DNA from: Octopus vulgaris | Taxonomy: Eukaryota | Length of the DNA stretch: 64,000 nucleotides | NCBI GenBank assembly: GCA_951406725.2 | Contig: OX597815.1 | Span: 195,238,001-195,302,000 of the forward strand | Direction of reading: 5' to 3' | Shown: positions 13,321 through 26,619 of the stretch, piece by piece | Layout of the letters: each line of letters starts with the position of its first letter | Position numbering within the stretch: position 1 is the first letter of the stretch | Program-made: the position numbers and the translations under genes | Notes under the pieces: model-generated | The model's input: only the letters and a program-made list of their open reading frames with translations | Told to the model about the DNA's origin: nothing | Databases searched by the model: none

Positions 13321-15291
13321 AGTAGCGTTATCATTAACTGGACTGTCTCTCACGTAGCTTTCTAGGTTCAAATGTTACTACAGCTTCTATCTTGTTTAAT
13401 TTCGTTATTCCCGGGTTACTTTAATTTCGTTGGAATGTGATATTTGCCTGTGATATTTCATATGTCTATACCAGAGGATGTCGCATGCATTTAACAATGA
13501 AAATAAGTGATATTCCTAGTGTACAAAATTTGTTTTGGTTTATTCCCATTTATTTTTATTCCATAAGGTAAACGTTGTGTGTGTATTGCATTAGGCGAGG
13601 CAGAATTTCTTGTTCTAAAATGCTGATGACGAGGCCAATGTTACTGCAAGCTGTTAAGAATGGACAGAAATTGCTTGCATTCTGGATTCGTGCTGGATAA
13701 ACAATCCTCAACCATCAGCAAACATTTGTTCATAGAGAATTAGATGCTTGTCCTTAGATCTTGACTGAAATCTGTAGAAATTTTTTTTAAATGTGCAAAC
13801 GTATCTGTATGCTAACTTCAAATACATGTTTTCTCAACGCTTCATGTGGCATAACAGAAAAAGTCTTTACAGCCTCTTTTTAAATATAGTTTGAGTCAAA
13901 AACATTAGATACGCTTCTCTTGCTCTTAAACTGCGCTAGCATGATATCTTATAACTGGCACACTATAAGGAACGATATAACTTTGCAGAAATAACAGGTA
14001 GCACACCATATTGTTGTTGTATGTATGCCTTGGTAAGATCAAAACAGTTCCTCTGCAATGTGTGATTGTAATGTACTCAGTTGTGTTTATCAATCTTACT
14101 GTTAAAGTCATATTGTCAATGCTTTGTCGCAAGTAAGTGCCACTGGTTTTCAAGTGTGAGGGTATTGGTTACAAGAAAATAAAGGAGATAAGGTTGTTCA
14201 GCATTATTGTTCGTAAGAATATTGCTAGTGTGGTGGCAACCAATCTTCCGGCTGTCCAAAATAAAACAAAAAGAAATGTTTCCATTTGCTAGCTTTATGA
14301 ATACCGGCAAATGTCTGTCGGTTGCAACTCCTGACAGAAGATTTGCCATTTCTAGATGGCGGGATGAGATTTGAAAACCAAATGCGCAGAAGACCGAACA
14401 GGTACAACAAAATATTTAATTAGAATTTCCAGCAATTATATCAATGCACTGCTTATAACTAGACCATTTTTATCAATTCCAAAAAGATATAAGTTCAATT
14501 AATTGTTGGGGATTATATCAGAGCGCAGAGAAGAGGAAGGCGTTCTCCCTTACAGTGTAACACTGTAAAATTGCTATGCTGATGAAGGACATCTATTATA
14601 GATTCTTGTGAACCCCGCATTTCCTTTTTTTTTACTTTTGTATCTTCTATAGTATCAGATATCGCTAAAATATCTTTGAATTCGTAAGATATACTTACTA
14701 CTTCAATGACCAAAAGTATACCAGTAAACAAAATCTAAACAATTACATGTACATACAATATTTTGCTTCTGCCTGAGTACATCTATTTTCTTTGATTCAA
14801 CGCAACTTAAATATCTGTAACACAACTTCTAAACGTGTGAAACAGTGAATGAAAAGGAAAAGAAGTATCAGATTATCCATGAATATAAACTATATACCCT
14901 GTGGTGAAAACTCTTGATCTTTGGTCTGGTCTGTTAAATAAAGAGTAACTACTCAAATCCTGTTGAGCGCTCTCTGCAAACCAAAAATAATGAATTGAAA
15001 TGGAATATCAAATTCTGCTTCAGGTTTTGGAAAAAAACATAAAAAAGAACACAAGAAGCACAGTATGTCTTGTAGAATATAAAAGAGTATTCAAGTGCAA
15101 TCTTCAAAAAAGCATGGCTGTAATAGGAATAAACCGCACCACGGACAGAAAAATATAACCCACGCCACAGGACAACAGCTACCTGTTTGAAAATTCCACG
15201 GATAGCTATGGCGGAGGTGACATAAATGTCAGGTGTGTTGTGGAAACCTGTCTAATTACGTAATACATATATGAGTGTGAGTGTCTTCAAT

Positions 15292-15324
15292 TTGAAGACT
15301 CCACTAGAGTGGACGAAAGCGCTA
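15292..15324 (+). ncRNA. Minimal hammerhead ribozyme (C3 read as U)
   Basis: TTGAAGA-C-TCCACT-AG-AGTGGA-C-GAAA-GCGC-TA. Followed by AATAAA and a (TA)n tail at 15430. Stem I is weak. Confidence 0.65.
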
Positions 15325-15423
15325 TATATATATATATGATATATGAAATATGATTTATAAAAACATGTAACATACTAATAAATATCTGTAAATATAAATC
15401 CAGATTTCTGAGTACCTCATTTC

Positions 15424-15492
<69 letters not shown>

Positions 15493-15529
15493 GTATATAT
15501 ATATATAAAGATACAGTTGAATTAGCTAC

Positions 15530-17476
15530 TAAAATCGAGGCATATAGATTTCCAAATTAAAGGATAAACCATTATTTTTTAGCAAATTTTCATCAGTACA
15601 AGACACGAAAATAATTACCGTGTCTCCTTTTGCTATTTCTGTGGCAGAATAAATTTAGTGGGGGAATATATACATGAAGCCTACTATAATTTAGAGTGGC
15701 ATAGGAAAATAATAGGGGTAAAGGAACAGAAATGATGATATAGATACATTTATATTTATCTTTATCACAATCAAAAGACTTAATGCAGCCTATTGTCTAC
15801 AAACCCTTAGAATTAAATTCATTGTGAATTGACAGTTATGTTCTTGTTGGCGATGATAAATTAATCAATGTCAAATATTCTCATCGACCACTATATTACT
15901 GGAACCATATATCCAGCCCTTATCTACATAAACAGACATGTCTCAGAGCTGCATGTAAGATAATGACAGATAGATAAGAGGTAATAAGGGGAAACAGGAA
16001 GGTCAGGGTTGGCTAAACATATTAAGATTATCAAATAAAAGGGTCATGAAATTGGAAAGCAAAAGAGGTCAAATGAGTTCTAAGTGTGGGAATTAAAAAG
16101 TGAGAGTAATGCAGTGTATCCTAACTTAGCAAAAGTTATAGATTAAAAATTTAGAAAAGGATTTTAGAACCATGTAAGAGACAGTAGATATATCAATGTA
16201 AACCTAAAAACAGGGTACTTTGATATATAAGAGAAAGTTCATAGGGCTTTTTTCCTGGCATATTGCTAAGGTGATCGTGCTAAAATTATTCAACAATTAA
16301 ATTATAATTAAATTATTTTCTAGTCTTGGCACAAAGCCCGAAATTTGGGGCGAGGGGGTCAATCGATTATATCGACTCAGTACGCAACTGGTACTTAAGG
16401 ATAAAAGGCAAATTCGACGTCGGTGGAATCTGAGCTCAGAATGTAAAGAGAAACGTGCTAAGGTTTCTGCCAACTCGTCGCTTTTATAATTTAATTTAGA
16501 TATCATCAGAGTAGAAGGACACAGTTTATATTGACTCAAAACCAGAGATTAAAGGTAAAAGATATAAGATAAAATTTCTATATTTTACAAATTTAAAACA
16601 TCTTGAAAAAAAAAAAACCTAATTGATAATAATTACTAATCGATTAGACCGTAGAATATCTTGTGTACGTACGATCACCTGGACCTTCAAATATTTTAGA
16701 AACAGGTAATATTATACATATCATACTATAATTTGGTGGCAGAAATTATTTGGGATGTCATATTATTCATAACATACCCTCTATTGTATAGAAACATACA
16801 TAATAATACTCTCTTATAAGCCCTACCTTTTTAATTTGCATTTTTTTCTATACTTATATTACATCAATTTCCCTTCAATCCTAGGATTTTCTTCCCTATT
16901 TGTTATAATATGTATATTTGCATTGGATTACCAGATCTTACGCCTCCCTTAAGCATATTGGATGCCCCCCGTGAACTGTTATTATTCTACACATATCTGT
17001 GTCTATAATAATATATTTTAAAAATATTTTATAAAACCCTTTCCAATGGTATCATTATATTTCATTTATCTTTTAGTTAGCTTTTGTTATGCATACCTTG
17101 GCTTCTTCTTTTTTTTTATTTTCTTTTTTTTTTATATCCCTTATACATTTATGGCATTCGCAATGTAAGCTTTTTTTATCGTTTTTTTATTGTTTCATTT
17201 TCTAAATTTTTATTGGAATTTTATACAAACATTTTTTGTCTTTCACTTATTTTCATTTTATTCATCCTTTATTTTATTTATTCTTTCATCTTATATTATT
17301 GTATTTTTCATATATCTATTTACCCTCATATATACTAGTGTAATTTCTATTGTTTGTGGAGGAGTTTGTAACTTCTATTCATAAAACTCAAGGTATAATA
17401 TAATACAATATGATATTTATATTTATAATTGCACTATATATTTCATAAATTCTATAAATGTTTTCTTTTATGTATG

Positions 17477-17513
<37 letters not shown>

Positions 17514-18500
17514 ATATATACATATGAATGATATTTTTATGTATACGTATGTGGTATTTTTATACTTTCTTATATCCTTTCATGTTTCTTTTCATTATGT
17601 TGGTAATTTTTTATCTAAATTTTTTTTCAATGTGTTTTAAATAGGCTTACTCGGTATAGAAATTTTAATCGTATTTTTTCTAGCCTTTAATCTCTGGTTT
17701 TGAGTCAATATAAACTGTGTGCTCCTACTATGATTATATCTTAATTCAATTATAGATTCATTGTGGAGGTTTTAGCATGACCACCGTAGTAATATACGAC
17801 GAAAAGGCCCTATCAGCTTTCTCTTATAGATTAAAGTACCCAACTTTTAAAGTTTAGTTTTTTTATCTCTCCTCTTTCTCTTAAATGGTCCTAAGATCTT
17901 TTTCTAAATTTTTAGTATATAAATTTTGATAAGGTAGAATACACCTCATTACGCTCACTTTTAAGTCCCCCACTTAGAACTCATTTTGACCTCTTTTGTT
18001 ATCCAATTTTATTCCCCTTTCATTTGGTAATCTTAATGTTTAACCATCCCTGTTATTCGTCTTTCTGCTTATTACCTCTTATCTATCTGTAATTATCTTA
18101 CAAGGAACTCTGAGACATATTCTTTTATGTAGATAAGGGTTGGATATATATGGTCCGAGTAAGATAGTAGCCGGGGAGAATATATGACATTCATTAATTT
18201 ATCACCACCAACAAGACCTTAACTGTGAATTCGCAATGGATTTAATTCTAAGGGCTTGTAGACAACATGCTGCATTAAGTAGCTATATCACCATTCCTCT
18301 TTCTTATTATTTTCCTATTATTTTCCTATCCCGCTCTAAATTAGAGTAGCCTTCAGGTATACATTTTTTCCCTAAATTCATTCTGCCACAAAAATAGCAA
18401 AAGAAAACGATGTAATTATTTTAGTCCCGTGAACACATGAAAATTTGGCAAATATAATGGTTTTATCCGTTGTGTTGGAAATCAATATGGTCGTTTGCAC
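15530..18500. repeat. Large diverged inverted repeat: arms ~15530-16560 and ~17680-18500
   Basis: For example, 16515-16555 vs 17684-17725 and 15625-15660 vs 18371-18405 are reverse complements. Only the left arm carries a SINE. Confidence 0.85.
16320..16480 (-). mobile_element. Nin-domain-type SINE fragment inserted in the left arm of the inverted repeat
   Basis: Matches the 41075 and 62441 SINE family; absent from the right arm. Confidence 0.7.
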
Positions 18501-19299
18501 CCGGAGAGAGCGGTTTATTTCAAATTGATATAATGGTGTTTCATTGATCGTTTAAATAAAGTCCGCTTGAAATGAACGTAAAGTACTGATACCTGGAATA
18601 CGTGCTAACTATTTGCTTCATACATATACCTATATAATTATAATTATATATATGTAGGAGGTTGAAAACAAACACACGAATTGGTATGTATAAAAATATA
18701 AGACAATGTAGAAAATGCTAGAATAAGTTTATCATGAAGAACGTTTTAGTACAGGTCTCTGTTTTTGTGAGTTTTTTCAACTTAGAGTAGAGCATGGAAA
18801 ACAACTAAATTGTGGAAAAACTCAATGAAATCTGTTTTTAAAATGTTTCCATAGTTTTCAAATGCAAGGGACGTTTTCCTTTCTTTTGTGGGTCTCTCTT
18901 TTTTCACTCATGTGATGACTTGGTAGCAGGTAGCAGGTAGTAGTAGTCCTCATATTTGATATGAGTTCTTGGCTTTGATTGTTTAAGCAGCAGTAGTAAC
19001 TGAGAAAGGAGACGAAGAAGAAGAAGGAAAGGAGAAGATGAAGAGGGAGTAGGAAAAGAAGAGAAAGAATGATAATGAATAATATGCTGGAGTGGTATGT
19101 CAGTAGTAGGATGTTGGTGGAATTATCTTAAATGGTCAAGTAACCTAAAGGTAACCTGTTGTGGTTGTAATAGTAGTGATTGGAATTGTTCTGAATAAAT
19201 TCATGGGTAGTGATTCTTCTGAATATATCGTTTTTAATATTTGCGTGGGTATTATTCTAAGGTCCTTTTAATATAGTGTTATTTGTGGTGGACACATCC

Positions 19300-20580
19300 A
19301 AATGATGTTTACATTTTGTGATAAAATATGACTCTTTACTAATCCAAATGATGTTCATATTTTGTGATAAAATATGACTCTTTACTAATACGCTGAGTGC
19401 AGGTTTCATCGTTCCTGAATTTATAGAGAGGAAACATTCTGGAGCTGGGTTGTATGTTAGTGGAGCAAAAATTGACGTGTTCTCTGAATGCTATTTTTCT
19501 GTATTCCCGAATTTTGATCCGGGATCTATGTAGAGCCATCCGTTAACGTAAACTGTTTTTGGTTCGGCCAATGTATTGCTCTCGATACCCAGAGCAAGTT
19601 AATATATATATTAGGTTCTCCGAAGCATATGTGAAGTTATTTTTCACTGTAAAACGTTGACGCTGTTTGAAGGAGAACTTCGATCCCTCAATTAGGTTGA
19701 CGCATATACCACAATTAGGTCTCCCGCATTTTTTTTACTGACAGCTTCAGTGTTGTTGTCGAGCATACGTCGGCTTGTGTTAGGAGACTTTTCATAGATT
19801 TGGGTTGTCTACCGCTCTGTATGATGGTGTACGTTTGGAGGATTAAATTCATTCTGTGGTTCCCTTTTAGTAGGGGAATGTTCTGGAGGATGGTGTATAT
19901 AGTTAAAAGAATTGTGTGTGGAGATGTATGGTAGGGCTTTTGGTTGTAAAGCCTTCTTTAATTTGGGATGCATGAGTTCGTGGATGTTGTATTGTAGGGC
20001 ACGTTGAAAGCGTATATCAATTAGTGATGGTGGGTAGTTCCTGGTAATGAGTGCATCCTTTAGTTCATGTAGACGTGTGTTGCTGGTGCTTGTATTAGAA
20101 ACTATTGTACAAATCATTTTCGCTAGGTTAAAAGGGATATTCATTCTGGTGTGTCTGGGGTGGCATAAATTGAATGGTAGATATTGCTTGGAGTCCATGG
20201 GCTTATAATATATATCGGTTTCTATTTCATTGTTAGATTTCTTATTGAAGATATCGCGGAATGGTAGTTGTTGATGGCTATATTCCATTGTAAGATGAAT
20301 GTTTACGTCAAGTCCATCTATAAGTGCTTGAAATTATTTAAGTAACTGTGTATTTTCATGCCAAAGAATGAAACAATCAGCCAGATACCTCTTCAAGTTA
20401 TTTTCTATGTAGAGGGAGAATGGGTTGCTGTATTTTTCTAGTACGTTACGATAAAGTTTGACTTCTAGATATCCCATGACTAGGTTAGCAAATGATGGGG
20501 CCATTCTCGTACCCATCGCAGTTCCAAATTTTTGTCGATAGAAGTTGTCTTTGAAGTTCTCCAGAACGAGTTTGTCTTCT
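19300..20580 (-). pseudogene. Penelope-like element relic (RT + C-terminal GIY-YIG; Neptune/Naiad type)
   Basis: GTRMAPSFANLVMG and RYLADCF (RT), YYKPMDSKQYL..CHP (thumb), CGRPNCGIC linker (19700-19728), IYILTCSGYREQYIGRT (19561-19620). Frameshifted; 46-bp tandem duplication at ~19297-19390. Confidence 0.9.
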
Positions 20581-23500
20581 CATGAGGGAGACTATACAAT
20601 GTTTTCTGCTTCTCCTTTCATATGTATATACACTGCTGCCTTGTTTCGGTTATTTTTGTATTGTTTTTGTTTTCACTTACGCTCCTCTGATGTCGGATTT
20701 TCATAGCGCCAAATTTTAGCTCCTGCTTAAGGGTGATCGGTTTGCATTTTGAGTGTTCTTTTGTTATCTCGAAGCATCGCATTTATCTCCTTCTTCACTT
20801 TCTAGTGGAGAGCGCTATAAGGATTTACTTGCTTTCAAGTAATAAGCATCGACACATGCAGATCGTCTTCCATAACTCAGCTATCTTTCTCTCACTATCT
20901 TCAAAACCCCATAATGGCACTTTACTCATTGTTTCGATTTCGTTTAACTGAGTGTCGTCCGTATGCTATGTTGCCGTAGTGAACAGGGCATATGGATAGG
21001 TGTTAATCAGATAGAATGAAGGTTCATAGCACTGCTGTAAATTAGTCATTAATAAGTTTTAATTCTAGCTGGTACTGCAAATGACCTGTGAGGATACTGT
21101 GTGCGTAACATTAACTTTTTCCTGCATATCCCAGCATGTAGCATTTGCATTTCTTTAACAGGGCTGCCAAAGGATTGACAGCCAGTACAAACAGCATTAC
21201 AGATAGTTTATATTCTTGAAGAATGCCTTTTGATAGCTTAATTTAATTTGCTACCAAATGTGTTGCTTTAGTAGGTTTCGGTGATAACTGTGTGGACCAT
21301 GTTGCAGTGAGTCTTTCAATGGCATTCACTAGAGCATCTGATAATTTTTGCAAGGTGTAGTGAGTCTATCAACTATCTAACGTCTTCTTTTAGTCTAGCC
21401 ATATCGTTAAGAGATTACGGCGATGTTGCTTGGCTTTCTTTAGGACAGCTTTGTTGAGGAGGGTCTGTTCAGAACAGCCTCAGGCGCCTGTCTTTGCGCT
21501 TGCTCTTTCATTGGTTATCTTTTCATTTGTTTAAAAGTGATTTGGAAAAACATATTCCGACATGTCTGTATGTATTCAGAGCATCTTTGGTTTGGAGATT
21601 ATAGTGATCATGTCATCCTGACATTCCTATAGAACGAAAATTTTGAAGGACACAAAAATGGAGTCACAGGTTTGTAGAGTAGAGGAGGGAGCTTAGAAGT
21701 AATAGATTGAATACATAATACCTTTATAGCATATGCCCTGTACAACTAACGTTGTCATTAGGATTAGATTCAAAACCACATCTCACTCAGAAAACAACAT
21801 GCATTATAAAAGAAAATAAAAGTGTATTTCACTACATTAATGAACACTATATAATAAGAATATTTCCATCAAGATCAATAATTTGATAATGAACTTGCTA
21901 GCTAAGATCCGGTGAAAAATTCTGTTCTTAAAAAAAAAGTTTTATATAACATTTGCATTTACCAATAACTCTTTTTGAATTATTTAAATTCTAAATAACT
22001 GCTACATATCTGAAATTCTCCAAATTGCAAATGAAGCAAAATATTTGCATATTATATCATGTAAACATGCAAAAATATTGAATCAGGCCAAATGATGGGA
22101 ATTTTACTAAAGACATTATCGGAACTTTTAATCACGCATCCATAAGCATTAAATGATTTCCATGACGAGTGATGAGTGTTATAGAAGCATATGAGATATT
22201 TCAAGATGTAACCTGCTGGGATATTACATTCATTTCCATTACGAAACCACACTCATTTATATATATAATGATAAAAAAAAATTGTAGGTTGCTGTAAAAA
22301 AGCACTTCGCTTTCTTGGGAACATTAATACATACATCGTGTGAGCCTGTTTCAATTCATATATGAATACTTTGGGAAAGACACCTTCCGGAGTTATTAAC
22401 TCTATTTAAAAAGTTGGCGGATACTACTGCTGGAATATTTCGAGATTTGAATTTTCTAAACATACAAGAGTTGAGTTCTGCAGTTGGAATTGAAACGTTT
22501 TCGATACTATTAAATTATTTGAGAAGAAACAGTTGCTACCTGGAATCAAAATGAAGAGACAGATTCATGTTATTAAACGTTAAGTTTTTGTATCATTATA
22601 TATACAACTTAGAAAATATTGGTTTTCATATGCATGGTACTTTACACTTTATTTCACACTGTTTTTCGTAACATATATGTTGCTTCTTATCTTAGTCTGC
22701 CGTTTTGATTCTTAAACAAATGATATGTATCCAAATGTTTGTAACACAAACTATTGGATTTTAAATCTAAAAAAATGGTTGACATACAACAGAGAAATAT
22801 ACTAAAATTTAATATATCGAATGCCGCATTTTACACCATTGATAATGGATAACAAAAATTCATAAGAAAGTTTCCTATTAATCGGTCCTTTTATATGTTT
22901 GTTTTGTTTCAATAAAATGAATATGTACATATAGCTAAATCAGGACCAGCGGTGTATTTCTAACAATACTGATATTTTCTCATATTATAAATTCATCAGT
23001 GAAAGGATAATGCTGAAATAATGCATTCCCTCTTTTGTAGAATATTAGTGGAAGCATCGAATAACATGAATGATGGTATAATATTTCCTGGTCTAGCTAA
23101 TGAGATAGCAACTAATTTGAATGGAATTATATACGAATTTGAATGAAATTGTATATTGAAAATTGATGCGAATTACCATGAAGAAAATTGAATAATAAAT
23201 TGAAAAATAAATATTGATATATAACCTGAGCAGAGAATTTAAAGTCTGCAGAGTAAAATAAGTTTTGCTGCGTTTGAAAAAAAAGGTATGAATAATGTAT
23301 TCTCTTTATCCGATGAATGACAGAAGCAAATAATACACAAGCCATCGAATTTTACGTTCAGATAATTCTATTCCAAAGAGATAATGCCGTTGTGTTAATA
23401 TCTGTGCATTTGAAATGCTTTACATTTGAAATACTTTACATTTTTGGTCCATATCGTTTATCTGATTCATCGATTATCTCATATATTAATATTTATGTTC

Positions 23501-25014
23501 AATATTCGGAGCAACACAAACACTGATATCAATAAATCGAAATTTAATGTCGGTAGTATAAAAAGTAGGAAGTAATAAATGACATTCAACAATATAAAGT
23601 TGGAACAAAACAAACAATTTTAAGGGAACTTCTAGACTTTGAAATTCAGGATCAGACCAGTTTCTGTTTCATGATTAAATCACACGCAACGCTTGAAAGC
23701 GTAGCCGAGATTTTCTTAAATGAAAGGAACGGATGAATGTCACATTGGAATGAATTTCTTTTACATTCAGGCCATGGAAACTTGTTAAGAACTCTGCAGG
23801 TTCGTTCCTTACAGCCATGGAATATAGATAATTTTTTCTTTTCAGCTTTTCAAAATGCCGTTGCATTAAGGACTATAACATTTCTAGAGCAATGTATGGT
23901 TAACGGTTTTTTCCCATAAAGGATTATGGCTCTACGTATTTATCTAAGATAGGTATGATTAAAAGATATCACTTCTAGTGCCTCAGGTTGACACGTCTCG
24001 GTAAAAATCTGAATAATGCGACAGTAATATAGAGTTGAAAGTTGTATTCTATCGGAAATTACGACCATATTCCAAAAGCTGCATCAAAAATGTTAGAATA
24101 TCTATAAATGTGTGATGAATATGGCACATCAAAAAGAATATTTGATAAACCTAGATGAGCAAAAAAGACGAGAGACGGAGGTGATAAGTGTGCATGCATA
24201 ATTTGTAAATGACAAATATACGGTTTAAGATATATTAATCGAATTAGACAAAAATATCGAAAGGATAAATCAATTTATTCTATATATAATAACAAAAGCG
24301 AAATATGTATGCCTTTGAGTATCTAAGAATATATGAAAAATAAATGATATTGTATGGTTTAAATTATGTAGGTGGAATAATTTATTAATAATTAGTAAAT
24401 TTTGCTAGAATGTACTCCTACGAGTCTAAATAACTAAACTGCATATCAACTGTCGTGATATCACTTGTCTTTTCGCTTGATCAGCATACAATAACTGCTA
24501 AATTTCTATCAATCTACATTTTTAAAGAAATACAAACTGAATGAGTTAGTTCAATATATACAGAGTATTTAAAAGAAATGGAATGGCCACATGTGGAATA
24601 TTTTAGTATAAGTCAGCTCAATCAAGAATAATATAGTGTCAAGAGAATGAATAGCTTCACAAAGTATCTATTACTGTAATGAGACATACAATCAAAACAC
24701 GGAATTAAGTGCATAAACGCCAACTAACGTCAGTGTACGAGTAAACGTGTATGGATTTTATAAATGGGAAGGCAATGGTATATAATATAAGGCCTGTATT
24801 TTGACAGATAAATATATTTTATTGTATGTAATTCTCAAATTCACATGATTCATTTTGCAACTATGAATATTCGATGCCAAATTTTGGATATAAAGTACAG
24901 AAATGCTTCGATAGTCAATAAAGCTTACGAAGGTATTGAAAGTTCTAAAAATCATATGATTTTAAAAGTTTTGTTTCATATTGCTATCATAATTGAGCGA
25001 TTTATGCAAGGAGT

Positions 25015-25385
25015 AAGGCGATGAGCCGACAAAATCGTTAGTACCGCTGGCGGAATGCTTAGCAGTGTTTCATCTGACTTTACGTTCTGAGTTAAAATTC
25101 CACCGAAGTCACCTTTACCTTTCATCCTTTCAGGGTCGATAAATTAGGTACCAGTTGCGTTCTGGGTTGATCCTCAGAAATACCAGGCCTTGTACCTAGA
25201 GTAGAAAAGAAAATCGTTAGCACGCCAAAAAATGTTTAGCAGTCTTTCGTCCCTCTTTGCGTTTTGAGTTCAAATTCCGCCGAGGTCGACTTTGCCTTTC
25301 ATCCTTTCGGGGTTGTAAACATAGGTACCTGTAGAGCATTGGGGTCGTTGTAATTGACGTATCCTCACCCCCGAAATTCCTGGGA
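25015..25385 (+). mobile_element. Two tandem Nin-domain-type SINEs
   Basis: ttctgagttcaaattccgccgaggtcgactttgcctttcatcctttcgggg-like segment present twice. Confidence 0.8.
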
Positions 25386-25464
25386 GCATGCAAAGACTAA
25401 CTAACAGCCAGGTAGATAAAATGGCAAGGAAAAAATATTCATTAAATATCATTTTAGTTATTAC

Positions 25465-25668
25465 CAGTTTCTATGGTGTATGTGTTCCCCAGCTGAACGG
25501 GACGCGAGTCCATCGCAGCGTTGCTCATTTTTGCCAGCTGCGTGAACTGGAGCAACGTGAAATGAAGTGTTTTGGTCAAGAACACAACGCGTCGCCCGGT
25601 CCAGGAATCGAAACCACAATCTTACAATCATGATGCTAACACCCTAACCACTAAGCCACACGCCTCCA
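25465..25668 (-). mobile_element. tRNA-derived SINE
   Basis: Reverse-complement homolog of 59168-59425. Confidence 0.85.
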
Positions 25669-26619
25669 CGACAACATAATAGTGATAGAGATAAAAAAAA
25701 GCGGTATTTATCATAATGAAGAAAATCATGATTTAAAAGGAGTCTATCCCTAGAATGACGACAGGAAAAATTTTCTTAGCTAGTTCCTCAAAACTACTCT
25801 ACAAAGGTTGAGAAAAGTATGATATAAGGTCGTGAAGGATGAACAATGTAAAATAGCATTGCCAGAATGAGTGACGAGGTTAATTGTGGCAATTGAGTGT
25901 CACTGAATAATTTCTCCAATCCTCAGGGTTTTTATAACTGCCGTAAACCCGATTCTAAGTACTTTTCTCCACGGAAAAGAAACTTTTCCCGAAGATTGGA
26001 ATCGATGTTTGGACAGTAAAATTGACCAATGAAAAACATTGACCAATGAACAAACAAAAGAGCGCAGACACGACTATGACGTCATGCAGCTGCTAAACTC
26101 TTATAACTACTACAAGTTCCGTATCAGAAAAAGTGTTAAAATCTTCGAACAAATGACGATAATAATATATATATTTCAAAACAATCTCAACAAAAAAATG
26201 GGAACAGCAATTGAGTAAATCATGAAAGTAAGAATATTTGAAAAAAGTACAAATGTATCAATACTTAAAACAACAACAAACAACCGCGAAGTAACGGCTT
26301 CACAAAACAATAACAGCGTTCATGGAATGTTCTAAACAACTTCTCAAAAATGTTCAATATAGTCTCTTGGAAAAAAATAATTATAAAGCGTCTTTTAAAA
26401 AAAAATCCAGGAAATATTAAAATCCATGAGAGAGTACAAAATTAAACCAATTCAGAATGTCTCTTTGGAAAATATACAATCCTGCTACTTTTGGTTCAAT
26501 TTTTTTTTATGCATTGGTATACTTTTTCAAAATTAATTTTCTGTCTTAGTTTCTGTGTTATGTTCGCTGTCTTGTGAGGTATTTATTTCAAAGTTATCTT
26601 CAAATTTTTTCTTTGAATT

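Noticed and set aside
26020-26090. Two CCAAT boxes and a TGACGTCA (CRE) site
   Set aside because: No associated gene; may be a remnant Gypsy LTR; short motifs alone are insufficient.
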